This document shows, piece by piece, positions 47,794-64,000 of a stretch of DNA of 64,000 nt. Each line of letters begins with the position of its first letter. Positions within the stretch are counted from its first letter, which is position 1. The DNA comes from the human T2T-CHM13v2.0 reference genome, Homo sapiens, in the NCBI RefSeq assembly GCF_009914755.1, contig NC_060931.1; one strand, 5' to 3'. Made by a program: the position numbers and the translations under genes. The notes below the pieces were generated by a model. It was not told where the DNA came from. It saw only the letters and a list, made by a program, of their open reading frames with translations, and searched no databases.

Positions 47794-48086
47794 GGCCAGG
47801 CATGGTGGCTCATGCCTGTAATCCCAGCACTTTGGGAGGCCGAGGCAGGTGGATCATGAGGTCAGGAGTTCGAGACCAGCCTGGCCAACATAGTGAAACC
47901 CCATCACTACTAAAAATACAAAAATTAGCTGGGCATGGTGGCATGCATCTGTACTCCCAGCTACTCAGGAGGCTGAGGCAGGAGAATCACTTGAACCCAG
48001 GAGGCAGAGGTTGTGGTGAGCCAAGATCGTACCACTGCACTCCAGCCTGGGCAACAAAGCAAGACTCCGTCTCAAAAAAAAAAAAA
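47794..48086 (+). mobile_element. Alu (AluSg-like)
   Basis: Full dimer and A-tail. Confidence 0.95.
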
Positions 48087-48196
48087 GGTATAAAAAAACC
48101 TACCTCCAATATCAAGCTTCACAAAGAAAGACTGAATGTTTTCCCCTAAGATCAGGAACAAGGTAAGAGTGTGTATTCTCACTACTTCCATCCAAC

Positions 48197-48491
48197 TTTT
48201 TTTTTTTTTTTTGAGACAGAGTCTTGGTCTGTCACCCAGGCTAGAGTGCAGTGGCACAATCTTGGCTCACTGCAACCTCTACCTCCTGGTTTTAAGCAAA
48301 TCTCTGCCTCAGACTCCTAAGTAGCTGGGAAAACAGGAGCGTGCCAGCACACCTGGCTAATTTTTGTATTTTTAGTACAGACAGGGTTTCACCATCTTGG
48401 CCAGGCTGGTCTTGAACTCCTGACCTCGTGATCCACCCGCCTCAGCCTCCTAAAGTGCTGGGATTACAGGCATAAGCCACCGTGCCCAGCT
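48197..48491 (-). mobile_element. Alu (AluS-type)
   Basis: Poly-T then reverse dimer; TSD AT(C/T)CAACTT. Confidence 0.95.
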
Positions 48492-49629
48492 ATTCAACTT
48501 CTTACTGGAAATCTACACTGTACAATAAGAAGAGAAAAACAAATAAAAGGCATCAAATTTGGACAGAGAGAAATAAACCACACCTTTTTTCTAGACATAC
48601 ATAGCAAATCCCAAGGAATCTGCAAAGAAAAAAAAAAAAAGCAAAAATCCTCACAGAATTGATAGAGTTTAAAGCAAGCTCATGGAATACAAAGTCAACA
48701 CACAAAAATCAAGTATATTTCTATACTAACAATCCATAATTAGGAATTAAAATTTTAAAATGCCATTTACAAACATCTACCAAAAAAGTAAAGTATTTAG
48801 GTATAAGTCTAGTTGACATGGGTAAGATTGTATGCTGAGAACTACAAAACACTGGTTAATGAAATCAAAGAAAACCTAGAAAAATGGAGAGACATATATT
48901 CATTGGTCAGACGACTCAAATTGATTTACAGATTTAACAAAATTTCAAATTCTCAGCATGGCTGTTTCTGTAGACATAGACAAACTGATCTGAAAATTTA
49001 TATGGAAAGGCAAAGAAATGAGAAGAGCCAAACTAATTTTGAAAAATAAGAATGTTGGAGGAATCACATTACATAGCCTTAAGACTTACTATAAAGCTAC
49101 AGTATTCAAGATAGTGTGATATTGGTGAAGCAACAGTTATAAATCAATTAAACAAGACTGACAATCAAGAAATAGATCCACATAAATATATTCAAGTGAT
49201 TTTTTATGAAGGTGTAAAGGCAATTAAATAGACGAAAGACAGTCTTTTCAACAAATGGTATTATAACAATTGGATACCCTATGCCAAAGAAAAATGAGAA
49301 GTAGCAGAAGAACTTCGACCTAAGTCACATGCCTTATACAACAATTAACTCAAAATGGACCACTGATCTAAATGGAAAAGTAAAGGTATAAAACCTTCAG
49401 AAGAAACATCCAAGAAAATATTCATGGCCTGGGTTAGGCAAGAGTTCCTAGATATGGTGCCTAAATCATGTCTAGAGCATAAAGTTTAAAAAAAAAAAAA
49501 AGCTGTACTTCTTCATAATTAAAATTTTCTACTCTTCCAAAGACACTGCTAAAGAATAAAAACACAAGATACTGACTGAAAAAAAAAAATCTGCAAATCA
49601 CATATGACCTAGGAGCTGTATCCACATTA

Positions 49630-50515
49630 TATAAAGAAACTTCAAGTAACTAAAAAAAAAAAAGCAAAAAAAAATCTAATTTTAAAATGGCAAAGGACAT
49701 GAACAGATACTTCTTAAAATAAAATATCCAAACAGCCAAGAAACATATGAAAAAACTGTTCATCATCATTAATCATCAGAGAAATGCAAATCAAAACCAC
49801 AATGAGATGCCATCTCACACTAGTCAGGACGGTGATTATCAAAAAGTCAAAAAATAACAGATGTTGGTGAGACTGTAGAGAAAGGGGAATACATACACTG
49901 TTGATGGGAATGCAAATTAGTTCAGCCACTGTGGAAAGTAGTTTAGAGATTTCTCAAAGAACTTAAGCATAACTACCATTCAATGAAGCAATCCCATTAC
50001 TGGATATATATCCAAAGGAAAAGAAACCATTGTGCCAAAAAGACACATGCCACTCATATGTTCACTGCAACACTATTCACAATAGGAAAGACATGGAATC
50101 AACCTAAGTGCCCATCAATGGTGGACTGGATTAAAAAAATATGGTACATATACACCATCGAATACTACACAGCCATAAAAAAGAATTAAATCATGTCCTT
50201 TGCAGCAACATGGATGCAGCTGGATGCCACTATCCTAAGTGAATTAATGCAGGAACAGAAAACCAAATACTGCATGTTGTTACTTACAAGCGGGAGCTAA
50301 ACATTGAGTACACATGGACACAAAGATGGGAACAACAGACACTGGCGATGTTGGAGGTGGGGAGGAAAGGAGAGGAGCATGGGTACCACACTCACTACCT
50401 GGATAATAGGATCAGCCATTCCCCAAACCTCAGCATCCCGCAATATACCCATGTAACAAAACTGCATATGAACCCTCTTATTCCAAAATAAAAGTTGAAA
50501 AATCAAAAAATAAAA
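49630..50515 (+). mobile_element. Younger L1PA15/16-like 3' fragment nested in the old L1
   Basis: ORF2 C-terminal MFTATLFTIGKTWNQPKCPSMVDWIKKIWYIYT and L1PA 3' UTR (AAACCTCAGCATC..CATGTAACAAAACTGCA..AAAATAAAAGTTGAA); the same ORF2-terminal region recurs in the host L1 after 50530. Confidence 0.8.
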
Positions 50516-51054
50516 ACAATCCCACAGAATAAGAAAACAAACAACCCTTTGAAAAACAGGCAAAAGACTTAAAAGACAGGCAAAAGATTTCCCCCAAAAA
50601 GACATATGGATGGTAAATAAACACATAAAGCTTCGCCATCGTTAGCCTTTAGGTAAATGCAAGTTAAAACCATGATGTAATACTAATATATAAGAATAGC
50701 TAAAATGAAACAATCTTAAAAATATCAAGTGCTGGTGAGGATACAAAGCAATTGGAGCTCTCATGCACTGCTGGTGGGAATGCAAAATGGTACAGACACT
50801 CTGGGAAACCATTTGGCAATTTCCTAAAATGTTAAACACTTTATGCATATAGTTATGACCCAGCACTCCCACTCCTGGGTATTTACCCTAAAGAAATGAA
50901 ACTGTAGGTTCACACAAACACCTGTACATGAATGTTTATAGCAGCTCTATTCACACTCACAAAACACTGGAGAAAACCCAGATGTCCTGCAATGGGTGGA
51001 TGGGTAAACAAACAGTGGTGGACCCATATGATAGAAGATGACTCTGCATAATAA

Positions 51055-51100
51055 CTGGGCTACAAAGTGAGACTCTGTCTCAAAAAAAAAGAAAAAAAAA
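51055..51100 (+). mobile_element. Severely 5'-truncated Alu (last ~27 bp plus A-tail)
   Basis: CTGGGCTACAAAGTGAGACTCTGTCTC followed by an A-run. Confidence 0.75.
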
Positions 51101-51328
51101 TGAATGAACTACTGACAGTTGACTGAAAGGAGCTGAATCTCAAAGGCAGTATGCTGTGCGAAAGAGGTTAGGTTATACCCTACAATTCCATTTATAGGGC
51201 ATTCTCAAAAAAGATTATAGTGATGGAGAACAAATCAGTGGTTGCCAGGAAGAGAACAAAAGAAAATGCTGGGGTGATGAAAGTGTTCTGTGTGCTAATT
51301 GTGGTATCTATGCACATGTTAAAATTCA

Positions 51329-52028
<700 letters not shown>

Positions 52029-54668
52029 TTTAGAAAATACAAATGGGAAATAAGAACTGAATTCAAATACTAGTCTTCAAGATGGATATCTATGGAAATA
52101 CTCTTCTACCTACTCAACTAATTGTATGCAACTAATTTACTCAACCTGTCCTTGTTAAAATATGAACAAGAACAATATAAGAAGTCATCAGGGTTAAAAC
52201 TGTAAAGAACAATATAAAATAGTCCTCAGGAGTGCAGGGCCAAAACGTCTTGTTTCCACTTGTGCATAATGATAGCACAGAGAGAAAGGAGAACAGAGCC
52301 CTGCATAGTCTAAAGTCAGCAGCATCTCCTCCCAGCATGCCCACCGCACTGGTGCTCAGGGTCCAGTGAGGAATGGACAGCAACTGATTGTTTCATAACA
52401 GTTTCCTTTTTAAATTGTTATTCTTTCCCAAATAGTCTTTTCAACAAATGATGTTATAACAATTGGGAACAAGTCTATCATTTGATTATTTTGCAAGTCG
52501 TTCTACATACTTGTGTCCTTCCCTCTCTGTGTTCTCATTGTCTGCTCTCCTAAGTCACCTCCCAAGTGACTCTAGGCTCCCAGAGCCACAGACCTCACTG
52601 CCCTCCTGCTGACACTTCCTCTCAGCCCTCCCTGGATCCTGTGTCACTGCACTCGGGTGTGGCCCTCCACAAAGCAGCCAGAGCTTGTTTTCTAAAACAG
52701 GAGCTTATGATCTTCCATGGCTCCTCCACTGCCTACAACGGAGCTCTGCCGGGCAGCAGGGCTCAGAGGACCTTCATGTGCTGATCCTGCCCATCTGCTC
52801 TCCTGCTTACCTCCCGTCCTAGAGTGCCACCTCTCCTTATTCCAGAAATAAGACTCAGTCTCAAACACTTCTGTGCCTTGCACACAGTAGCTGTGCTAAC
52901 AATGTCTGCAAATTATATGTGAACACTCCCAGCAAGCCACAGAATGGAAGTGAACAGCAGTGATCAGAACAAACAACTACAAGTAATTACCTTTCAGTGC
53001 CAAAAACAATGACGCCTCCTTTGAGGAAACGCAACTTGTCCTACTTTCAATAATGAGAACTATGGAAATTATTGTTTCCCTGTTGCCCAGCTTGTCAGAA
53101 ACATAAAGACCGAACTGATGTTCAATTGCAGGACACAGATTTGCTTTCATGGCTGATATCTCTCCCCTCTCTGCCTTTCTTTGGCCTGGTTTCCTGTGTC
53201 TATTTTTGTTCATCCTCCTGCATGCCAGCCCTATACGAGGGCCTTGGGAAAACAAATGAGATACAGAGAAAAATGGCAGCTCAGGAAAACAGAAATACCC
53301 CTAAGATGCTGCAAAGCAAAATGTTCCACATGAGCAGCAGTAACCTTAGGGTGGTCATATTTGCAACCTGAATGAAAGGTGGTGACTGCTCAAGATCAAC
53401 ACTTGGACTTGAGCAAACACAATCAAATGCATACACCAATCACAGAGACTCAATAGAATGGGCAAGTCACAATGCCAGTGGCATAAATTATGTGCTACTG
53501 GTTACCAGAGGACAATGTGTGCCATCAGCACATCTAATTTGCATTATTTTGAAATCTGACTGCTAATCATTGGGGAACATGGATTCTGAAGGAACAGGCA
53601 AACTAGAATGCCTGGCCGGGTGATCACCAGGGTCCTTTCCAGCAGAGATAATGTGAAACCTGCAATGTCACAACTCAGATTGCTGGCTTGGAAAAAGCTT
53701 GTCTACATTGTAAAATGATTTGTGCTCAGCCTTCCTTTAAATCTTGTCTTAATCAGAAGTTAGTTTACCCCTAAATAAACACAGATATCAGAACAAAGGG
53801 TGCGTGAAAGATGTGTGCTATCTTTCTAAATTCAAATTTAGGCTCGCCCCACCCTGCTTAAGCCTTCCTGGGCTCCCTACTGCCCTGACTTTCTCTCCAG
53901 CTTCCCACACAACCTCAGCCTCGGCCCCTCCTTGTGAGTTTCAGGAAGATTAAACTGCTCAAATAATAACCCTGAATACTAATATGCTAAATCCCACTTC
54001 CCCCAGACACCTGGGCCAGCACCCTTTCTGGCACCATGCATACTCCCCTCTCCATGTGAACACCTTGACCTCAGGTAGGAACTCCAGTGCCACTCCCTGA
54101 AGCAGGGTGCCTCCCCAGGTGTGTGCCCTTCCCTCCGGCTGGTGTCTGCCATAGCAACACCACACTGTACTGCATGGAATCTGCCTCTGCCCCTCACCAT
54201 CCTCCCCAAGAGCAAAGGCCACGTCTTCTTTAGGTCTCCAGCACCTTGCACAGTGCCCATTCCTGCCAGGGGCTCACAACCCTTGGGGTATGACTGAATA
54301 AACAGATGAACGCCTAGCTGCATGGAGCGCCAGAGCAAGGAAAGCAGAAATCCCTGTTAGAGCCAGCAAGCCATCGCGAGGCAGCGAAGAAAGACTGAGG
54401 GGCACAGCGGGGAACAGGCATCTCGGGGACCACAAGCAAGGCTGAGGCACACAGACACACAAGGGGTGTCTGAGTGACCAGAAGATACAGACATGAACTG
54501 TGAGGGCACATTCACAGAGTCACCAGAAAGGAGATTGCTGAGGCCAACCTCTGTGTCTTCCAAAGTCCTAGCCAGGAGTCCTAGCACAAGGATCATATAC
54601 AACTGTAAAAAGTTACCTTGAACACAATCTGGGAAATTTAAGTATGGACAGGAAATTAGCTGTCATTA

Positions 54669-55025
<357 letters not shown>

Positions 55026-55126
55026 TTATCAGTGCACAATCAGCACAGAAGTATTTACAAATGAAAAGATAGAATGGGGAGCTTTTGCCTTAAAACGTTC
55101 AAGCCAAAAATAAAAATAAGAAGTGG

Positions 55127-55410
55127 GGCCAGGCACAGTGGCTCACACCTGTAATCCCAGCATTGCTGGGAGGCTGAAACAGGTATATTACCTGAGGTCA
55201 GGAGCTGTGGACCAGCCTGACCAACATGGTGAAACCCTGTCTCTACTGAAAACACAAAATTGGCTGGGTGTGGTGGAGGGCGCTATTTGGGAGGCTGAGC
55301 AGGAGAATCTCTTGAACCCAGGAGGCGGAGGCTGTAGTGAGCCGAGATTGTGCCACTGCACTCCAGCCTGGGCAACAGAATGAGACTTTGACTCAAAAAA
55401 AAAAAAAAAA
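55127..55410 (+). mobile_element. Alu (AluS-type) with a right-arm deletion
   Basis: Dimer lacking CTGTAATCCCAG in the right arm; TSD AAGTGG. Confidence 0.93.
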
Positions 55411-56269
55411 AGTGGGAGAATTGCCAAATGTTAAAAACTGCCAAAGCTCATTAATGGACCCATACGATTTCTTTACTATGTTCTCTGCTTTTATTTACAT
55501 TTGAAAGGTTCCATGTCCATTTTGTCATTTTAAGGTACCCACTGAATGGAATGAAATGAATCTTGAAATCAATGACTGTTGATTATTATATTTGAGGAAA
55601 TCCCATAAAAAGTCATCCATTCCAAGAGTATTATGTTTTAAAGAATCTGATTAGAATGAGTACTATTTAAATATGACTGATAAAGACATTAAAAAACGTC
55701 CATCAGAAGCTGGAAAAACATAATTCAGCCAACCTAATCACATTCTTTAAATGGCCCCTTTATTTCCTGAAGCCAGGTATTAGAAAGGGACACATTCTAT
55801 TTGCTGACGCAAAAGGCATTCTTGTGCATTTCTAGGTAGCTGTTCTCCTTTAGCCTCTTCAGCACACATCTGTGAGACCTGCTGCCAGCTCTGAGGGAGA
55901 CCAGGCTGAGCACTCCCCTGTGTGGAGGGTCCCTCCTGTCTGGGATCTTGTTCTGTCCCCTCCTCCCTCCACACTCCAGAGCCTAGAAAGCAAAGCTCCT
56001 TCCAAGGCCCGTGGCTTGCCCAAGCCCAACTCTTTGCAGCCCCTGCAGGCCCCGAGCAGCCCTGAGTAAAGAGGAGCAGGGCCCTCTAGGGATGCCCACG
56101 TATCCCAGGCCTGGGCACACAGGTTTCATGCACCCCACAGCCAAGGCTGCTGCTACCCTGGGGCCAGGATTCCACTTTCCCTTGAGTGACACAATGACAG
56201 AATTGAAGGAATAAGTTACTAAACACATGTGATGCGCCAAATCAAAAAGTTTAGATTTAAAATTCAATA

Positions 56270-56960
56270 AACTTCACACACACTAGAATGGTGAAAATTA
56301 AAGACTGACCCAACAACTGTTAATTCTCATCCACTGCTAGAAGAGGAAGAAACAATTACTTTGGAAAACAGCCTGGCATTTTTGTAGTTGTTTGTTTGCT
56401 TTGTTTTGTTTTCACCAAATTACTTTTCAGCTAAGAAACCCTGGCAGTTTTGTAAAACATGAAACATAACATCTACAATGTGACTCAGCCATTCCACTCC
56501 TTGGTATTTACCTCAAAGAAAGGGAATACATGTCCATACAAAAACTATAAATGAATGTTCATAATAGCTTTATTTGTAATAGCTAAAACCCCAAAACAAC
56601 CTAAATGTCAATCAATGGGAGAACAAATTGTTGTAAATTAATGATGGTATACTGTTCATCAATAAAGAGGGATGAACAATAGAGACACCATGAAATCATC
56701 ATGCCAAGTGAAAAAATTTGACAAAAAGATGCCACCTACATAAATAAAACAGATCAATGGTGGTTGAGGGGCGCAGGAGAGGGAGGAATGGATTGCAAAG
56801 AAGCACAAGAAACCTTTGAGCAGCAACAGAAAAACTTCTGTATCTCAACTGTGGTAACAGTTTCAAGGGTGTCACACACATCAAAATTCATAAAGCTGTA
56901 TGCCTTAATATGTATAGTTTATTGTACATAAATATCCCTCAGTAAAGTAGCTCCAAAATA
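56270..56960 (+). mobile_element. Old L1 (L1ME/L1MB-type) 3' fragment
   Basis: CACACACTAGAATGG, GCCATTCCACTCCTTGGTATTTACC, GAATGTTCATAATAGCTTTATTTGTAATAGC, CATCAAAATTCATAAAGCTGTA. Confidence 0.75.
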
Positions 56961-57045
56961 CAGTACACCTTCTCAATCACAAAGAGGAAAAAGAAGAAAT
57001 TCATCCATAAGTGAGAACCAACAGACACTGGCTACAAGGCAGGCT

Positions 57046-57188
57046 GTCCCATGCTCAGTAAGGGGTGCTGGATCATGCATAGTGTTCCCAGGTCATTCTA
57101 TGCTTGGTAAGGGGTCCTGGGTCACGCACAGTGCTCCCAGGTCGTCCCATGCTCGGTAAGGGTGCTGGATCATGCACAGTGCTCCCAG
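57046..57188 (+). repeat. Minisatellite, 3 copies of a ~49-bp unit
   Basis: Units start at 57046, 57095 and 57144; consensus GTCCCATGCTCGGTAAGGGGTGCTGGATCATGCACAGTGCTCCCAGGTC. Confidence 0.92.
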
Positions 57189-57237
57189 TATATAAGCGAC
57201 AGGCACTCAGTCTGTAGCTATTTGCCTAAGTTTTTCA

Positions 57238-57908
<671 letters not shown>

Positions 57909-58149
57909 CCATTTTGGTCTTAATTCTAAGTAAAGGTTTAATATTTTTCTGTACTTGATATTGCTAGCCTCTAACCAAACCATGTCATCCTTGGGGTCCA
58001 GCAATATAAGCATGTTTTTATACCCCCTGTAGATCTAGCATTGTCCTTGTACATGGTCTATGCTCCATTTATATAGAATTTAAAGTTTTACTGGTATCAC
58101 TTATTTAAAGTTATCAAAATTGTTTATTTTAAAAAATATTGCCCAATTA

Positions 58150-58693
<544 letters not shown>

Positions 58694-60613
58694 AAAAAAT
58701 ACTGCCCAATTAACTGGGACCAATGAAATAATCTTGCAAATGCCTAGATATGTAGTACAGAGTCACTGATACAGGCCTGTCCTTTCAGACTGTCACTGAC
58801 AACAACTACTTTGCAAGGATTGGGACACACCCAGCAAAGCAAACACGACATCCTGGAGACAAGGATATGTACAACACCCTTCCAGGGCCATCAGTTCACA
58901 TTCTGTGTTAACTGTTCTGTGCCTCTGGCCTTCTGTAGGTCCCTACAGATGATGTGTCCAACAACTGCCATCAAAGCCCAAGAACTTGTGGCCAACCTAA
59001 TCTCAACTTTCTTGTTAACCTTTCCGAAAAATTTCAAATCCTGGCAGCCTCACAGAAGTCTGCACTTCTCCATACTTCTTTACCCTCCTAAGTGATCAAT
59101 GAAAATTTAAAAACCCTCACTGAGTAATCCCTAAGCTACTATTTACATAAGCTAATCTTAGGGATAGTTACAGCTTGTCTGGCCTGGCTGGGGCTTAGGT
59201 CTGGAAGGAGTGTTATATTTAAGAACTGCTTCAGCAAAATGATTTTCTGAGAAGGCCTTCCATAAAAATAAACCTGACTTATCTAAGCCCCACCCTACAA
59301 GTAGAACTAACTGCTCCGCTCCTTCTTTTCTGGGTGTTCATGAAGCACTTTGCACATATCTCTATGATAACACTTGTTGTAATGGACTTTAGAGATCAGT
59401 CCTCCCTTCTTTATTGTGGGATCTGTCAGAGCAGGGACACCCATGATATCAGCACATAGGTGAATTTTAATTAATACTGAGTTTTTTAAACTCATGAGCC
59501 AATTAAATAAATCCATTTTAAAATGATCCTACATCAGAAAAATGGATCATTTCATATTTAAACCTTCATAATATGTAGGACAATATGACAACACAGAGAC
59601 AATCATACACATATTATTTTAATGTAAAGTTTGTCCTAACATGGGAGATGTTTGATTAAATGAAGGCGTGCAATATTTTTTTTTAATTAAGCTTGGCTTT
59701 ACTTTCTTCTTCTATTCTTTTGTTTTTGGTTTTGCTTTTTTACCAAAGTTAACTTGTGTAAAGTTATTTTACACAAGTTAAATATTTCATTTCTTTTTTG
59801 ATCAACAACTTAAGATAACTTTTTTGGGGGGCAAATAATACTGCAGCAAATCAATTTGATAAATGACTCTGAAAGTATTTTACGGAATAGTTTTTGTTTC
59901 ATGGTAGATGTTTGCTTGCAAGGATGTATGGGCATTTTGATGTTGCTGATTACTCACAGGGAGGTGCTAAGTATAGGACGAGAGCTTGCTTTCAATCTGG
60001 GCTGGACCGCCTTTTTCCAAAGCAATTTGGTTAAACCATGTGAAGTGCGTTACAAACACATATTTCTTGAAGAGGAAATTCTTGTACTGGAAAACGACCA
60101 TGCTGTATGCACTCAGGTCTTTTCAACTAAATAGAACTCCCAGGCTGGCCACCTTGGGAGCTGGAACAACATCTCAACTAATACACATTTAAGGAATTGA
60201 TGGCTGGGTGTAATACTGAATGATGAATGAAAGGATCATCTTTAGCCAAGGCTGGACGTCTGAATCACCAGGGAAGCACCCTCAAACCCTCTTTTGAGTC
60301 CCCTCTCTGCTGGCCCAGGCAGCATCCCCCTGCAAAGAGCTGAGGTATGTTTCTACTCCAAAGCTCCTCGGTGACTCGGCTGCACATCCCTGGTTAACAC
60401 CCACCGGGGAAGAATCCCACCCTCATTTTTACGTAGGTAGACTCAGCATCAAGGCTGAGCAATCATAACATGTATAGTCCAGACAGGGCAATGTGGTAGG
60501 TGAAATAGGCATTATTAGGAATCACACCAGGTGTTAACTGGGACTGTCCCAACTGTGGCATGTGATCACCTTTCAGTACCTGAGATCTTTTGTTGTTGTT
60601 CTTAACATGGTAA

Positions 60614-60940
<327 letters not shown>

Positions 60941-61163
60941 TTGAAAATCTTTACATAAACAACAATACATACTTCTATAAAGAAAACTACCACATGCAGC
61001 CCTTGATACATGGAAAAGCCAACCATCAGAAAGGTTTGTATCAGTGGGATTTGGTTATAAAAAGTCTCCTCTTCAGAGGCCACTCGATGTATGTTTTTAA
61101 TGCGTCTTCACTAGGAGCTTAACCAAGTTGCTTTGGGAAAAGACAATCAAGACCATATTGCCC

Positions 61164-61602
61164 TATGGTAAGTCAAAGTATGACCACAAATGTTTCAGAC
61201 TAATCTCTTCCAAAGATGGGGCCTAATTTCCCTCCCGAGTGTGGGCTGGACTTAGTGACTTGCTTCTGACAAAGTATGAAGCCAGTGACAGTGTATCACT
61301 TCTAAGGCTAGGTCATAAAAGGCCTTGCATTGCTCCTTGCACCCCCTCTTGAATCACATGCTCTACAGGAAGTCAGCTGCCATTTTGTGAAGACACTCAG
61401 GCATACGGAGAGGCCACATGGCAAAGAGCTGAGGCATCCTGACAAAAGTTGGCAAAAACTGAGCCACTGTCCAGCCACTGCATATGACTCTAAGCATAGT
61501 TACAACCTAAAATTCTCATCAGAACCACCCAGTAAAGCCATTCCCACTGCTAAGCTGCTAAGATTAGGGAGACTTGCTACGTAGCAATAGGTAACTACTA
61601 CA
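61164..61602 (+). mobile_element. MLT1 (ERVL-MaLR, MLT1F/G-like) solo LTR
   Basis: GTGGGCTGGACTTAGTGACTTGCTTCTGAC, CTTCTAAGGCTAGGTCATAAAAGGC, GGAGAGGCCACATGGCAAAGAGCTGAGG, and the end TTGCTACGTAGCAATAGGTAACTACTACA. Confidence 0.8.
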
Positions 61603-62419
61603 CCTACAGACTTCAACCCAGTCACCTTTGTTGTCAGGGCATGCTTTAAGAGGTGGCCTGCTATTCAGGGCTAATTGTGCAGCTTGCTGCCTGTGCATGC
61701 TCCTGCAATGACATTCTCCATCATTTCTGAGCTCTGACCTCCTAACACATGGGCTGGGGCCACAGGGCATCCCCCACCCCAGCAACAAAGCAGATGTGAG
61801 CAAGGCAGGCCACTCCATTGCTCTTACTTAGCTCATGGCTCATTCACCATCTGAAAAGTAGGGAAAGAAATGCTTGCCCACCAGGCTCATGAGCATGTCA
61901 TGTCAAATGAATACACAGATGTTGGGACTCCGAAAGCTGCAAAATGGTGCAAATGTGTAAATTTTCACTGTTGACCCTGTCACTTCACATGCTGCATGAG
62001 TCTCATCCTACCTCAGGAGTTAATAACAACAACTGCACCACTAACATGATACTGTACCATCCAAAACTGTAAACAAGCCTACAGTGCCTTTGTCTGAGCA
62101 CAGATGACATCGAAGCTCTGAGGTCAAATCCACTTGTCCGAGCACATAAGCCCTTTCTCATATCTCAGCTCTCCTCTTCCTCCTCTACCCCAAGATACTC
62201 TCCACTCAGACTCTCCCCAGCACAATCAATCTTCATGGAGTCAGGGAGGCAACATCTGAACAGCTTTCCTCACCCATGAATGGCATAGGCCAGGAAAGCC
62301 AAGGGGAGGTGTTGCCGGTGGGCACCTCATATCTTTCTGCCCTTAGGCCAGACAGGCTGCACAGCACACCTCCCAAAGATGAGCCACACAACGTTCCAAG
62401 TCTATGAGCACACATACAT

Positions 62420-62441
62420 ACACACACACACACACACACAC
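62420..62441 (+). repeat. (CA)n microsatellite
   Basis: About 11 AC/CA units preceded by CATA units. Confidence 0.9.
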
Positions 62442-62924
62442 TCCTCCAGGGCTGGACATCCTTAAGACACTAACGAATGCGTGAGCCAGCAACAGTCACA
62501 CACAGCGGTGTCCACTGCCTGTCTGCCCAGGAGGTGCAGCATTGGCTGTTTAGAAAGTATTATATTCCAAAGAACTTGTGCAAATCCTTTGCTTCGATTT
62601 GCTAGAACAGAAAAGAAGGTAAATCAATGGAGACTATGGACATCCAAATTTTACCTATCTTCTCCTATCTGTCTCTCTTTCTTCCCAAAAGTCACAAGTT
62701 TCAAAGGGACTGAATGGTTAATAATCCCTAGCATATGAGTCCAGGTTTCAGGGGGACTGACCCATAGCATGCTGGCACTCCTCAAACCCAGTTGGCGCTC
62801 TCTAAGGAGGAAGGGTGCTGCAGCCCTGGGCCCAGGAAGAGGCTGGCAGTCCTGCTCTGAGAACAATGAAACATGAAGAGCTGAAATGGTGCTGAGGGAG
62901 AGGCCGCTGCCAGGCTTCATGGCT

Positions 62925-63065
62925 ATAGGGGTGGGCTGTCATCCTGAGCAAGCTGCTCAACCTCTCTGACACTCAGTGTCCTCCTCTTCAAGAAAGTGAC
63001 AGTAACAGCACCTATGTACAGGTCTACTAGGGGGATGAGGAACATAATACAGGAAAAGCTCTCCA
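62925..63065 (+). mobile_element. MIR fragment
   Basis: CTGTCATCCTGAGCAAGCTGCTCAACCTCTCTGACACTCAGTGTCCTCCTC..AGTAACAGCACCTA core. Confidence 0.65.
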
Positions 63066-63245
63066 TGTCACAGGTGACCCATGACTCCACAAGACAGGTC
63101 ATCTGTACCCTACTTGAGGCACCATCAATGACCATGCACTTAAATATCGCAACAACATTAAGCTGCTATGAAAGTCTGCAGATGCTCACTCCTAGTGGTG
63201 CACTCATCTTACTGCAGACCAGTCCACGGACCACACCTGGACTAG

Positions 63246-63950
<705 letters not shown>

Positions 63951-64000
63951 TGATAACTGCCAGTCCACCTGCTAGGACCTAGGACGGAGCCTGCCACCGC

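Noticed and set aside
59856-60134. Protein-looking 92-aa plus-strand ORF (..EVRYKHIFLEEEILVLENDHAV..)
   Set aside because: No recognised homolog, weak splice donor, and opposite to the inferred host strand

Overview
This is primate (human-like) nuclear genomic DNA, not prokaryotic. I found no intact protein-coding gene, RNA gene, CRISPR array or CpG island that I can support. The only recognisable protein homology is a decayed, full-length processed pseudogene of RPL7L1 on the minus strand (about 21.46-23.49 kb), with a poly(A) tail, a target-site duplication (TSD) and an Alu in its 3' UTR. The rest is repeat-rich non-coding DNA: 26 near-complete Alus plus two micro-fragments, a near-full-length ancient L1M (about 43.2-51.4 kb) with nested younger elements, other L1, L2 and MIR fragments, solo LTRs (MER41B-type with tandem STAT1/GAS motifs, MER51, MLT1) and DNA-transposon relics (MER63, MER58, two Tigger15a-like). 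Repeat orientation is biased to the + strand, which suggests intron sequence of an unidentified minus-strand gene. The most interesting local observations are the GAS-bearing MER41B LTR, a ~195-bp non-TE direct duplication 5 kb apart, a TSD-flanked 29-bp tailless Alu/7SL fragment, a TSD-flanked 53-bp orphan insertion and a cluster of closely spaced inverted Alus. I see no convincing new biological system. Repeat subfamily names come from my recollection of consensus sequences and need RepeatMasker/Dfam confirmation.
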